This document shows positions 29,683-38,460 of a stretch of DNA of 64,000 nt, one piece after another. Position numbers and translations under genes: made by a program. Below the pieces are notes generated by a model. That model made no database searches. It saw only the letters and a list, made by a program, of their open reading frames with translations, and was not told the DNA's origin. The stretch's first letter is position 1; each line of letters opens with the position of its first letter. The DNA comes from an uncultured Chlamydiae bacterium (lineage in GTDB: Bacteria; Chlamydiota; Chlamydiia; Chlamydiales; Parachlamydiaceae): positions 3,008,001-3,072,000 of the forward strand of contig CAVWGN010000001.1 of assembly GCA_963754655.1 (NCBI GenBank), given 5' to 3'.

Positions 29683-30852
29683 ATGAACTCTGATTCTAAA
29701 TATTCTTATTTCCCAGGACCTATCTATTCTAATGAGACGATAGAGTATAGGGAAGTTTATAAAACACGAGAAGAGGAAGTTTTAGCAAAAACAGCAAACA
29801 AGACAGAGAAGAGTGTTGAAAATCTTCCTCAATTTGTTGAAATTGGGCGCGGAGCAATTAAAATTGTTTGGGTTAAGCGATCTAAAATTAAGCCTTCGGA
29901 AGAGGCAGGGAAAAAACCTTCTATTCATAGTCAAAGTGTTTACTACACAGCAATGTCTTCGCTTTTCAAAGGCGCAACAAGAGAACTTCAATCAGAGTTT
30001 GAAAAGATGTCAACCATCGCTCATAAACTGAAAGAAGTTGAAGAAGGAAGTACGGCTCATTTAGCTGTTGAAGGCAAGGAGATGAAAGACACTAAGCGAA
30101 TTAATGCAGACTACACACTCAAAGTCGAAAGAGCGTCGACAGATTTTGAAAAAAAGTTACTTAAAGAAATGTCTTTTCGAGAAAGGATTCGTTTTGGAAG
30201 TCATTTTTTAAATGGCTTGTCCAATCTTCATCGCGTGAATTATACGCATGGTGATCTGAAACCAGAAAACCTTCTGATTTATGAAAAAGAGCAACAAAGT
30301 TCTCTTAAGCTCGCCGATTTTGGCAAGGCAAAGGAACTTAATGGTGACGACACGACAATTTATTCGGGTAATCTGCGCTATGCTCCTCCAGAGGGAATGC
30401 AAAGTAAAAAGGGAGATGTCTTTGGCGCTGCTTTAATTCTTATCCGCGATTTTGAAGAAGGGTTTTTAACCACTGACAATCCTTCTTTGATCGATATCAA
30501 AAGTGAGGATATGGATATGCAGGCCTCTCCAAATTTGCGGGGGGTTGAAAAGTTTGTCGTTGAAAATAAGGCATTTTTAGCTTGTAATGAAGGATTCAAT
30601 TTTAATGTCATCAGCCGACGTTTAAGAATGCCATTGCTCTCACAAAGTAATCAAAAGAAGCAAGTTGACGAAATTCATCAATATATTGATACTTTACAAG
30701 GCCACTTGGTACAACAGAATCACCTTCAACCCTCTCAAATTGAAGCTTTTTGCAATCTATTAAAAAATATGACCGATGTGGATCCCAATACACGACTTTC
30801 TACAGAGGAGGCAGAAAAGCAGTATAATGAAATTTTCCAGGAAAATTTATAG
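29683..30852 (+). CDS. Eukaryote-like (Hanks) Ser/Thr protein kinase, putative secreted effector
   Basis: IGRGAIK G-loop, HGDLKPENLL catalytic loop, ADFG, GNLRYAPPE, GDVFG, DPNTR; no transmembrane or sensor domain; AT-rich upstream region with TGATATAAT. Confidence 0.88.
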   Translation: MNSDSKYSYFPGPIYSNETIEYREVYKTREEEVLAKTANKTEKSVENLPQFVEIGRGAIKIVWVKRSKIKPSEEAGKKPSIHSQSVYYTAMSSLFKGATRELQSEFEKMSTIAHKLKEVEEGSTAHLAVEGKEMKDTKRINADYTLKVERASTDFEKKLLKEMSFRERIRFGSHFLNGLSNLHRVNYTHGDLKPENLLIYEKEQQSSLKLADFGKAKELNGDDTTIYSGNLRYAPPEGMQSKKGDVFGAALILIRDFEEGFLTTDNPSLIDIKSEDMDMQASPNLRGVEKFVVENKAFLACNEGFNFNVISRRLRMPLLSQSNQKKQVDEIHQYIDTLQGHLVQQNHLQPSQIEAFCNLLKNMTDVDPNTRLSTEEAEKQYNEIFQENL

Positions 30853-31825
30853 ATCTCTTTAGGATGCAGATCATCAGGCAAAAAAAATAAATGAATAAAA
30901 TGGAGCATACCACCACACCCGAAGTGGATAATGCCATTCCGTATACAGTTAGAATGTGGCGTGTGATTGCGACTCCTATCAAAGAACAAAAGCTTCCAAT
31001 TCCAACAGCCCATATCAGCATGATTTTGAGACGCTGAGTCAATAAGCGAGCTGCAAGAGGGGGTCCTGTCATAAAAGCCAAGACTAGCAAAACACCCACT
31101 GCTCGAAAAGAAGTAATCGTTGTTGCCGATACTTGAGCCATGAGTAAGTAATTAAATAAAAGGGGAGAAAATCCCATCGCATAGGCTAAAGCTGGATCAA
31201 AAGTTGTTAGCTTAAATTCTTTAAAAAAAAGAATAAACAGAAAAAGATTACCAGCAACGATGACGTAAACCCAAAATAAGTCACTGATATGTAGAGCATC
31301 GGCATTTCCCATGACGGCTTCAGTGCCGATATGCGCATCACGTGTTAGAATAGTCACTAAAATCACCCCTAAAGCAAATAAGCTTGTAAAAACCAATCCT
31401 GTGCTCGCATCTTCTTGCAGCTTAACTGTTTTGATCAAAAATTCTGTTAAAAAAGCGGTAAAAAAACCGGTTATGAGTGAGGCAAAAAGTAGGATTTGCA
31501 TAGGGGCAATATAAGAGAGGGAACCTTTTTCTTCATGATGTGAAGAAAGAGAGGTCAAAAAAAAAGCTAAAACAATTCCCATAAGAATAGTATGTGAAAG
31601 CGAATTAGCGAGCATCGTCATCCTGCGCAAGACAAGGAAAGTTCCTATAAGAGCAGAGGAAACTGCTACTCCCATCAAAACAAAAATTTGGATTTCATCC
31701 GAAGCCAGCTGTTGAAAGGAAAGTTGACCTGTGGCTAAAGCTCCCATGCGTTGTATAAAAAGTAGGATAAATCCCCAAAAGCTCTGCCCATGATAGGGAT
31801 TAAAAAATGGGGCTTCAGCGGGCAT
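30800..31825 (-). CDS. ytgD: Metal (Fe/Mn/Zn) ABC transporter permease YtgD/TroD
   Basis: GTFLVLRRMTMLANSLSH, FKEFKLTTFDP, RAVGVLLV; last gene of the ytg operon. Confidence 0.9.
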   Translation of the reverse strand: MPAEAPFFNPYHGQSFWGFILLFIQRMGALATGQLSFQQLASDEIQIFVLMGVAVSSALIGTFLVLRRMTMLANSLSHTILMGIVLAFFLTSLSSHHEEKGSLSYIAPMQILLFASLITGFFTAFLTEFLIKTVKLQEDASTGLVFTSLFALGVILVTILTRDAHIGTEAVMGNADALHISDLFWVYVIVAGNLFLFILFFKEFKLTTFDPALAYAMGFSPLLFNYLLMAQVSATTITSFRAVGVLLVLAFMTGPPLAARLLTQRLKIMLIWAVGIGSFCSLIGVAITRHILTVYGMALSTSGVVVCSILFIYFFCLMICILKRSINFPGKFHYTAFLPPL

Positions 31826-33179
31826 GAAATCCCTCCACGCGCGCTGGAATAGGCTGTTGGTGAGGATCTTGCTTGGGATCCTTGAGTAATAAAGTCAGTT
31901 CATGCTCTAATTCTGGAGTCAAAATATGCTCCATTTCTTCTGCATTGCGATGGACTCGCTCTCCTCCCATTCCCAAATAATTGGCGAGATAGACTTCCCA
32001 TAATCGATGCAAGCGAACAATTTTCGCTGCACGATACTGACCATCAATGGTTAAATGATAAAAACGATCCTTTTTACGTTCAATCCATCCATTTTGAACC
32101 ATACGCCAAAGAAGAAATTTCAAATAAAAATAAGACATCGTTTGATATTTTGCAATTTGCTCTAAGCTAACAGTTGCCTGCGGATCGATGCGCCATATGG
32201 CTTTTAAGATATTTTCACAAATACAAAGATAGCGAAAACGGGCAATGCGCCAAAGGCGCACGAGTAATCCCCTTTCTGGAGCAAAAAGAAGCGCTCCTAT
32301 ACATAGAGTGGTTGCCACAAGGACAATCATGGGTCCGGTAGGCAAAATAATGCGCGCTGCCGGATAGGTTTCCGCCAAGAGTTCCGTAAGTTGCACAGAG
32401 AAGTAATTGCCTAAAAAGCCGCTTAACATGCCAAAAAAAGCCGCTAAGAGTAATAAAATGGAAAGGCGATTGGTAAATTGCCGTGCTGCGACAGCAGGAG
32501 CGATCAGCATAGCTGACATGAGAACAACGCCAACAGAACGAATGCCAATAATGACGGCTAAGGCAACGAGGATAAATAACAGCATATCGATGGATCGCAC
32601 ATGAATGCCAAGACTTTTGGCGTATTGTCGATCAAATGTCATCACTTGCAATTCTTTATAAAAGAGGAAAATGGTGACGATGACAATGAAAGCCAATATG
32701 CCATAAATGGCAATATGGATATCAGTCATGGTGGCTGCTTGACCATACAGATAAGTCAATGCCTGCTTATAAAGCGAAGTGAAGGTAAATTGGACATCGC
32801 TTGTCAGGGTCAGTCCAACGCCAAAGAAGGTGGAGAGCACAAAGCAAAGGGCAGCATCGCTTGGCACACGCATACGCTTTTCTAAAAACTGAATGGTCCA
32901 TAACCCACCCAACGCAGTGATAAAAGCTCCGCTTAATGCCAAGATCGACAAATGAAGCTCTTGACTTTCATGGACAGACAACATGCCTGCCACTAAGACG
33001 CCTAAAATCACTCCAGGATAAGCAGCATGAGAGAGTGCCTCTCCAATCAAAGACTGTTTACGCAAAAAAACAATGACACCCATTAGACTAGCCGCCAAAC
33101 ACATCAGCATACATCCAAGGGTAGGAGCTCGTAAAATAGGATCTATAAAGAATGAAAATAAGCTTTGCGCTATCATCAT
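31815..33179 (-). CDS. ytgC: YtgC permease fused to the C-terminal DtxR-family repressor YtgR (YtgCR)
   Basis: ABC-3 permease (LIGEALSHAAYPG, RSVGVVLMSAMLIAP), then a DtxR-type domain (ENILKAIW, RLHRLWEVYL, AEEMEH, DPHQQPIP). Confidence 0.92.
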   Translation of the reverse strand: MMIAQSLFSFFIDPILRAPTLGCMLMCLAASLMGVIVFLRKQSLIGEALSHAAYPGVILGVLVAGMLSVHESQELHLSILALSGAFITALGGLWTIQFLEKRMRVPSDAALCFVLSTFFGVGLTLTSDVQFTFTSLYKQALTYLYGQAATMTDIHIAIYGILAFIVIVTIFLFYKELQVMTFDRQYAKSLGIHVRSIDMLLFILVALAVIIGIRSVGVVLMSAMLIAPAVAARQFTNRLSILLLLAAFFGMLSGFLGNYFSVQLTELLAETYPAARIILPTGPMIVLVATTLCIGALLFAPERGLLVRLWRIARFRYLCICENILKAIWRIDPQATVSLEQIAKYQTMSYFYLKFLLWRMVQNGWIERKKDRFYHLTIDGQYRAAKIVRLHRLWEVYLANYLGMGGERVHRNAEEMEHILTPELEHELTLLLKDPKQDPHQQPIPARVEGFHAR

Positions 33180-33181
33180 CT

Positions 33182-33961
33182 TTATCCCTTGAAACCTGTT
33201 TGCTTTTGTTGAGACAATTTTAGAGCTTTATCGAAGAGAGCATAGCTTTTGCCATACGTTGCATTGAGGTAATCAGGTGTAAAGCATTCCTTGATTGGCC
33301 CATAAGCAATCAAACGCATATTTAGCAGAATGACCCAATCAAAATAGGTTTCTACCGTATTAAGGTCATGATGCACAACAAACACTGTTTTTCCTTTTGC
33401 GCGCAATTGTCGCAGTAGCTGAACAATCACCATTTCCGTGGCCAAGTCCACTCCAGTAAAAGGCTCATCCATAAAATAGACATCTGCTTCTTGTAACAAA
33501 GCACGTGCCAGAAAAACACGTTGCTGCTGCCCGCCTGATAATTGGCTAATTTGGCGGTGAGCATAATCTGCCATTCCTACAAGATTTAAGTAATGATCAG
33601 CGGCTGCCCAATCTGCCTCGCGAGGAGAGTGTAAAAGACCTAGTCGTCCATAGCGTCCCATCACGACAAGATCTCTTACTGTGACAGGAAAATCCCAATC
33701 GACAGATTCACGCTGAGGAACATAAGCAACGCTTTGACGCACGCGCTTCAAAGGCTGCCCAAAAAATTCGACTTTGCCCGCCATAGATTTGACCAATCCT
33801 AAAGCAGCCTTAATAAGCGTACTTTTGCCAGCTCCATTGGGTCCTACAATGCCGACTAAAACGCCAGCGGGAATTTTCAATGAAATGTCCCATAAGACAG
33901 GCGTTTTATCATAATTGACCGTTAGTTGATTGATTTCTAAAATCGCTTGATTAGATTGCAT
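33182..33961 (-). CDS. ytgB: Metal ABC transporter ATP-binding protein YtgB/TroB
   Basis: [40 protein letters not shown]; start moved to ATG 33961. Confidence 0.93.
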   Translation of the reverse strand: MQSNQAILEINQLTVNYDKTPVLWDISLKIPAGVLVGIVGPNGAGKSTLIKAALGLVKSMAGKVEFFGQPLKRVRQSVAYVPQRESVDWDFPVTVRDLVVMGRYGRLGLLHSPREADWAAADHYLNLVGMADYAHRQISQLSGGQQQRVFLARALLQEADVYFMDEPFTGVDLATEMVIVQLLRQLRAKGKTVFVVHHDLNTVETYFDWVILLNMRLIAYGPIKECFTPDYLNATYGKSYALFDKALKLSQQKQTGFKG

Positions 33962-33969
33962 TTTGAACG

Positions 33970-34983
33970 TTATTCTTGCTTGTTGAGATCTGGATCCATA
34001 TGCTTCGACAGCGTATGAGCATTGTATAAAATCATTTTGAGATAAGAATCCCCTTCCGATCCCGACTGCCCCATCGCATCGCCATATAAAGCACAACAAG
34101 CAATTTGGACATCAAGTCCTTGCTCTTTACCCGCTTGTACAATTTTGCGAATGGAGTCGCGGCTGACATTGGATTCAGGAAAGAGCAGGCGAATGTCATG
34201 GCGCTTAAGATGTTCAATAATCGATTTAATGTCAGTTGCACTCAATTGACTCTCAGGCGCCAATCCCTCTGGCGCTGCAAACCGCTTTCCCCATTCTCCT
34301 GATTCTATTTCTCCATCCTCTGAGAGATAGGCACGAGCAAAATAATTAAACGCATCATGACTGGTCACTAAATAGCGTTTAGAAGCAGGCACTTGGTGCA
34401 TCACCTCTTTGACTTGCTGATGGACTTTTTCGATTTCCGCCTGGAGTTTTTGTCCATTAGCTTGGTAATCAGCTTCATGAATGGGATCTTGTCGGCTTAG
34501 TGCGTTGACTATGAGGGGCACTGTCTTCGCAAAAAGTGCCATATCCATCCAAAAATGGGGATCTCTTTGCCCATGCACGTAAATGATCAAGCCAGGCTCC
34601 TGCTGCGCAACTAAATCTCCCAAAGCAATAGCCTTGGGATTTTTCAGAAGATAGGTATGCAAGCTTGGTCCATGCTCAAGACCTAATCCATTGTAAAAAA
34701 TAAGCTGTGCAAAAGCCAATTTTTCATCATCGCCTTTCACTAATTGATAAGAATGAGGATCAAGTTCTCCTTGAATGAGGGCAATGCTATCCACATGATC
34801 GCCTCCCACTTGTTTGACTAGATTATCGATGATGGCCGTTGTGCTAAGAACCTTGACTTTGCCATTATTTTGAATCCATTGTTGAAAATGAGCCTGGCGC
34901 TTTTGATGCTGATCGAACGAACAGCCACTAAGTATGAAAAGCACACTAAAAAAATAAAAAAAATACTCAATTTTCCTGAACAT
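33970..34983 (-). CDS. ytgA: Metal ABC transporter substrate-binding lipoprotein YtgA/TroA
   Basis: Lipobox [37 protein letters not shown]. Confidence 0.93.
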   Translation of the reverse strand: MFRKIEYFFYFFSVLFILSGCSFDQHQKRQAHFQQWIQNNGKVKVLSTTAIIDNLVKQVGGDHVDSIALIQGELDPHSYQLVKGDDEKLAFAQLIFYNGLGLEHGPSLHTYLLKNPKAIALGDLVAQQEPGLIIYVHGQRDPHFWMDMALFAKTVPLIVNALSRQDPIHEADYQANGQKLQAEIEKVHQQVKEVMHQVPASKRYLVTSHDAFNYFARAYLSEDGEIESGEWGKRFAAPEGLAPESQLSATDIKSIIEHLKRHDIRLLFPESNVSRDSIRKIVQAGKEQGLDVQIACCALYGDAMGQSGSEGDSYLKMILYNAHTLSKHMDPDLNKQE

Positions 34984-34991
34984 GTTTATTC

Positions 34992-35291
34992 CTATTTCAT
35001 CATCTTGCGAAGTCTATCAAAAGTATAGATACCTGTTGAACACCCTGAAGTGAATTGGATGCGCAGCCCATAACGACCAATGCTGCGAATGAAAACCGCA
35101 CGTACATCATCAGAAACCATTTTAGAATCCAATAAACGCTTACCCGTTATTTCATCTGTACAATGCGCACACGGACATTGTCTTTGCAAATCACAAAGAC
35201 GGAAGTCTTGAATCAGTCCATCATTCCATTGAATTGAAAAAGTCTCATTATTTTTCTGCCAAATTTGTCTCAAAAATAAAGGGGAATTCAT
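34992..35291 (-). CDS. DUF971 (gamma-butyrobetaine hydroxylase-like N-terminal) domain protein
   Basis: IQWNDG, LQRQCPCAHC, IGRYGLRIQFTSGCSTGIYTF; ATG at 35291 overlaps the mrp stop. Confidence 0.85.
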   Translation of the reverse strand: MNSPLFLRQIWQKNNETFSIQWNDGLIQDFRLCDLQRQCPCAHCTDEITGKRLLDSKMVSDDVRAVFIRSIGRYGLRIQFTSGCSTGIYTFDRLRKMMK

Positions 35292-36166
35292 GGAGTCATC
35301 TCCTTCCAAATTAATTCGAACGAACCTAATCCTTGTTCCTTTTCTGCCTTTAAAGCCGCTACATGCTGCACAAGTTGCTTGGCGAGCTGTTGAAAAGCGC
35401 GCGTAACGGGTCGCTTAGCTTCTGGATCAAGCGCCAAAAGGGAGTGTCCCTCATCTCCACACGCACACAAGAAGGGATCAAGAGGAATATTTCCCAAAAA
35501 AGGAGCGCCAGATTCAAAGGCTAAACGCTCGCCTCCTCCACGGCCAAACAAATAAACGGGCTCAGTTTCTTCAGTCGCTTGGTAATAGCTCATATTTTCA
35601 ATAATGCCAATAATAGGCACCTTAACTTGCTCAAATAAAGAGATTGCCTTACGCACATCAAGCAGAGCCACCTCTTGTGGAGTTGTGACCATGAGAGCTC
35701 CTATCAAATGCGCCTGCTGGCTTAAAGTCAATTGAACATCTCCTGTCCCTGGTGGAAAGTCGACTAATAAGAAATCAAGGTCTCCCCATTGAATATTTTT
35801 AATAAAATGAGCAATTAGACTATTGGCAATCGGAGCACGTACGGCATTTGCTTCTCCTTCTTTGTGGAAATAAGCCATTGAAATCATTTTAATTCCACGA
35901 CACAAGGCAGGTTGAATCAATGTCCCCTTTTGAGAAGGCAAGCGATCTTCTGGCAACATCTTTCGAATGGAAGGACCATAAATATCAGTATCCATAATTC
36001 CTATTCGATATCCCTGAGCCTGCAAAGCCAATGCTAAGTTAACCGTTACAGAGGATTTCCCTACTCCCCCTTTTCCCGCTGCAATTGCCACTACAGCTTG
36101 CACGTTAGCTAAAGAATTTAAAGTTAAAGGAGACTTCTGATCCTTTTGATAAATAGGCAAAGGCAT
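35288..36166 (-). CDS. mrp: Mrp/NBP35 (ApbC) family Fe-S cluster carrier ATPase, lacking the CxxC motif
   Basis: GKGGVGKSSVTVNLA, DTDIYGPS, DFPPGTGDVQL, VTTPQEVA, GIIENMS. Confidence 0.9.
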   Translation of the reverse strand: MPLPIYQKDQKSPLTLNSLANVQAVVAIAAGKGGVGKSSVTVNLALALQAQGYRIGIMDTDIYGPSIRKMLPEDRLPSQKGTLIQPALCRGIKMISMAYFHKEGEANAVRAPIANSLIAHFIKNIQWGDLDFLLVDFPPGTGDVQLTLSQQAHLIGALMVTTPQEVALLDVRKAISLFEQVKVPIIGIIENMSYYQATEETEPVYLFGRGGGERLAFESGAPFLGNIPLDPFLCACGDEGHSLLALDPEAKRPVTRAFQQLAKQLVQHVAALKAEKEQGLGSFELIWKEMTP

Positions 36167-37087
36167 AAGACAATATCCTGATTTTAGATTCTCTGAACCC
36201 TATCCAATATTTTTTCAATTAAGAAAAACATTTTAATCGATTTAAGGTTTGATTGACCAGAGAAAGTTGTTCTTCAAAATTATCTAAGCCGTTCCGGATG
36301 AATGCTGACTTGTTTATTGAACTGGATAATAAAGATTAGCATCTTAACGAAGTCTATATCAAGTCTATACAAACGAAAAAATAGAAAAATTGAAAGAAAT
36401 TCTATATCCTTAATACTTAAGTTTAAATGCAATAATTACTTCATCATTAATTTTATGTCTTTACCAATTCAATCTTTTTGATTTGATATAGATTAGATCA
36501 CTTTCCCTGTTAATTATATGAAAAAAAATTAAATTGTTAGAGGAAATGCAATTTCCGATTATTTATCTTGCAAGAAAATATATAATTTCTTAAATTTTCC
36601 TTAATAAATAAAGAGCGGCAATAAATAGTGTGATAGAGAAGCAGCCAGTGAAATAGCTATAATGATATGATTTTGAGTAGATTGGAAAATTTTTTCTTCT
36701 AAAAATGATTTAAACTTTGATTGGAAAGAATGATCTAAATCTAGCTTAAAAGCATATGTGGGGGTGCTAAACGACGGCTTAAGCTCTCTTTAATCATTAA
36801 AGATTACAAATTCAAAACGCAAAAATAAAGATTATTGCTGTTTTTGAGGGATTAATATAGCTATCGCCAAATTAACAGCAAAGCAAGCGGAAGAAGATTG
36901 TTATAAGCTTGTGACAAGAGTCTGTAAACGGAATGATAGCTAAATGTAATGAATGCATTGATGAACGGTAACGATGGCGTTACAAGTATTTAAGAGACAA
37001 GTTTAACAAATTAAACTTATCAGTAGGTTCTTACAGGGAAGTAAAAAGAACCAAAAATTATTAAACCAAGATGTTAGTAGAGGAAAA

Positions 37088-37576
37088 ATGGATAACAAAC
37101 AATTAGAACATTTGATTCAGTCAGCTGTTAAAAAGGTTGGTGGAAAGAAAGAAAATGACATTTGTCATTATTTACCAGTCGCAACGGGTGGGTATATCCA
37201 TCATTTTACCATGCGTAAAATGAAAACGGAAGATCCTCAACAATTAGCTGAATTAATTACAAAATATATTATTAACACAAGTCACCCACAAGACGTGACT
37301 CCAAAGCCTCGTGCAGCAAGGGGCTCGCGCAAGCGTCGTGACCTTTTCACATTTTCTAAGCAAGACTTAGAAAGAATGTTGAATATGGCGCGATTGGCAG
37401 GCGATAAAGACATGATTCGCAAATTAACACCTAAAAAAGATTTAAGAACAATTAAGCGCGAGCTTATTTCTTCTATTCGTCATGGCAGAATTGAGCCTGA
37501 GCTTTGGAACATGTATGTCGAAACAATGACAAGCCAAGCCGCGGCAACTGTTAATGGTGTCACTGTAACAGTCTAA
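37088..37576 (+). CDS. ddbA: Chlamydial DNA-binding protein DdbA (CT066 homologue)
   Basis: KVGGKKENDICHYLP..GGYIHHFT, PKPRAARGSRKRRD and KRELISSIR match the conserved chlamydial CT066 family as I recall it; located near ytgA as in Chlamydia. Confidence 0.8.
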   Translation: MDNKQLEHLIQSAVKKVGGKKENDICHYLPVATGGYIHHFTMRKMKTEDPQQLAELITKYIINTSHPQDVTPKPRAARGSRKRRDLFTFSKQDLERMLNMARLAGDKDMIRKLTPKKDLRTIKRELISSIRHGRIEPELWNMYVETMTSQAAATVNGVTVTV

Positions 37577-37596
37577 TAAGAACGATCTCTTGTTTC

Positions 37597-37630
37597 ATCA
37601 GCCTTGATGCTGTCTTGTATCGAGGCTGAT
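37597..37630 (+). terminator. Hairpin after ddbA
   Basis: Stem ATCAGCCTTGATGC / GTATCGAGGCTGAT (with G-U pairs); short T tail. Confidence 0.55.
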
Positions 37631-37652
37631 TTGTATATAGACCAAGGCTTTC

Positions 37653-38210
37653 ATGCATCCTCATTTTCTTGCGATTCCCCTCCCCTCAATGATTCGATCA
37701 AGATTGGCGTCTTTCTGTTATGGATTGCCCCAAGTGCGTTGGGTAGAAGAAGAGAATTTTCATTTAACATTGCGCTATTTCGGTCCTCTAGCAGATCCTG
37801 CTGTGGCCGCAATTCATGAGTGTTTACAAAATCTTTTTTTCCAGTCTTTCCCTCTTATTTTACAAGGAATGAGTCATTTCCCTAGCAAGGGAAACGGGGG
37901 TATTCTCTGGGTTGGCGTAGCCCAAAATCCTCATTTAAGCTCGTTAAGAAAGGCTATCGATCGTCATTTAAGAGAGCTTAATCTTTCAATTGAAACGCGC
38001 TTTTCTCATCCTCACATCATACTTGGACATTATGAACGTTTAAATCCGCAAAGATTAGGAGATTATCTTACCGCACATGCTGACTACCAATCCTTGGCTA
38101 TGGAAGTCACCTGCTATCTTTTGATGCGTTCATTTCAAACCTCCAAACGCATGATTTATGAAACTCTTTACCATTATCCTGCGTCCTTGCTTGCAACAGG
38201 AGAAGATTAA
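37653..38210 (+). CDS. thpR: RNA 2',3'-cyclic phosphodiesterase (2H phosphoesterase, LigT-like)
   Basis: FLAIPLP, RWVEEENFHLTLRYFG, ILWVGV, FSHPHIILG. Confidence 0.85.
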   Translation: MHPHFLAIPLPSMIRSRLASFCYGLPQVRWVEEENFHLTLRYFGPLADPAVAAIHECLQNLFFQSFPLILQGMSHFPSKGNGGILWVGVAQNPHLSSLRKAIDRHLRELNLSIETRFSHPHIILGHYERLNPQRLGDYLTAHADYQSLAMEVTCYLLMRSFQTSKRMIYETLYHYPASLLATGED

Positions 38211-38460
38211 TATCTAATATTTTGTATTTTTTATTTTATTTTTTATGTTTTAATCTTATTGATTTTATCTTTTGCTCAACCCATTTGAAGTATTGACCAC
38301 ACTCATAACCGATGTATGAAGTTATAGCAATGATGGGGATGGCAAGACGTACAATCTCAAATATTGTCTAAGAATTCTAGTAGTTTGTTATATTATTTTC
38401 CTTCTATTTTAAATTCATTTGGCTTTTTAAAAGAGATTCTTTTAACTGATGGCTCAAAAT

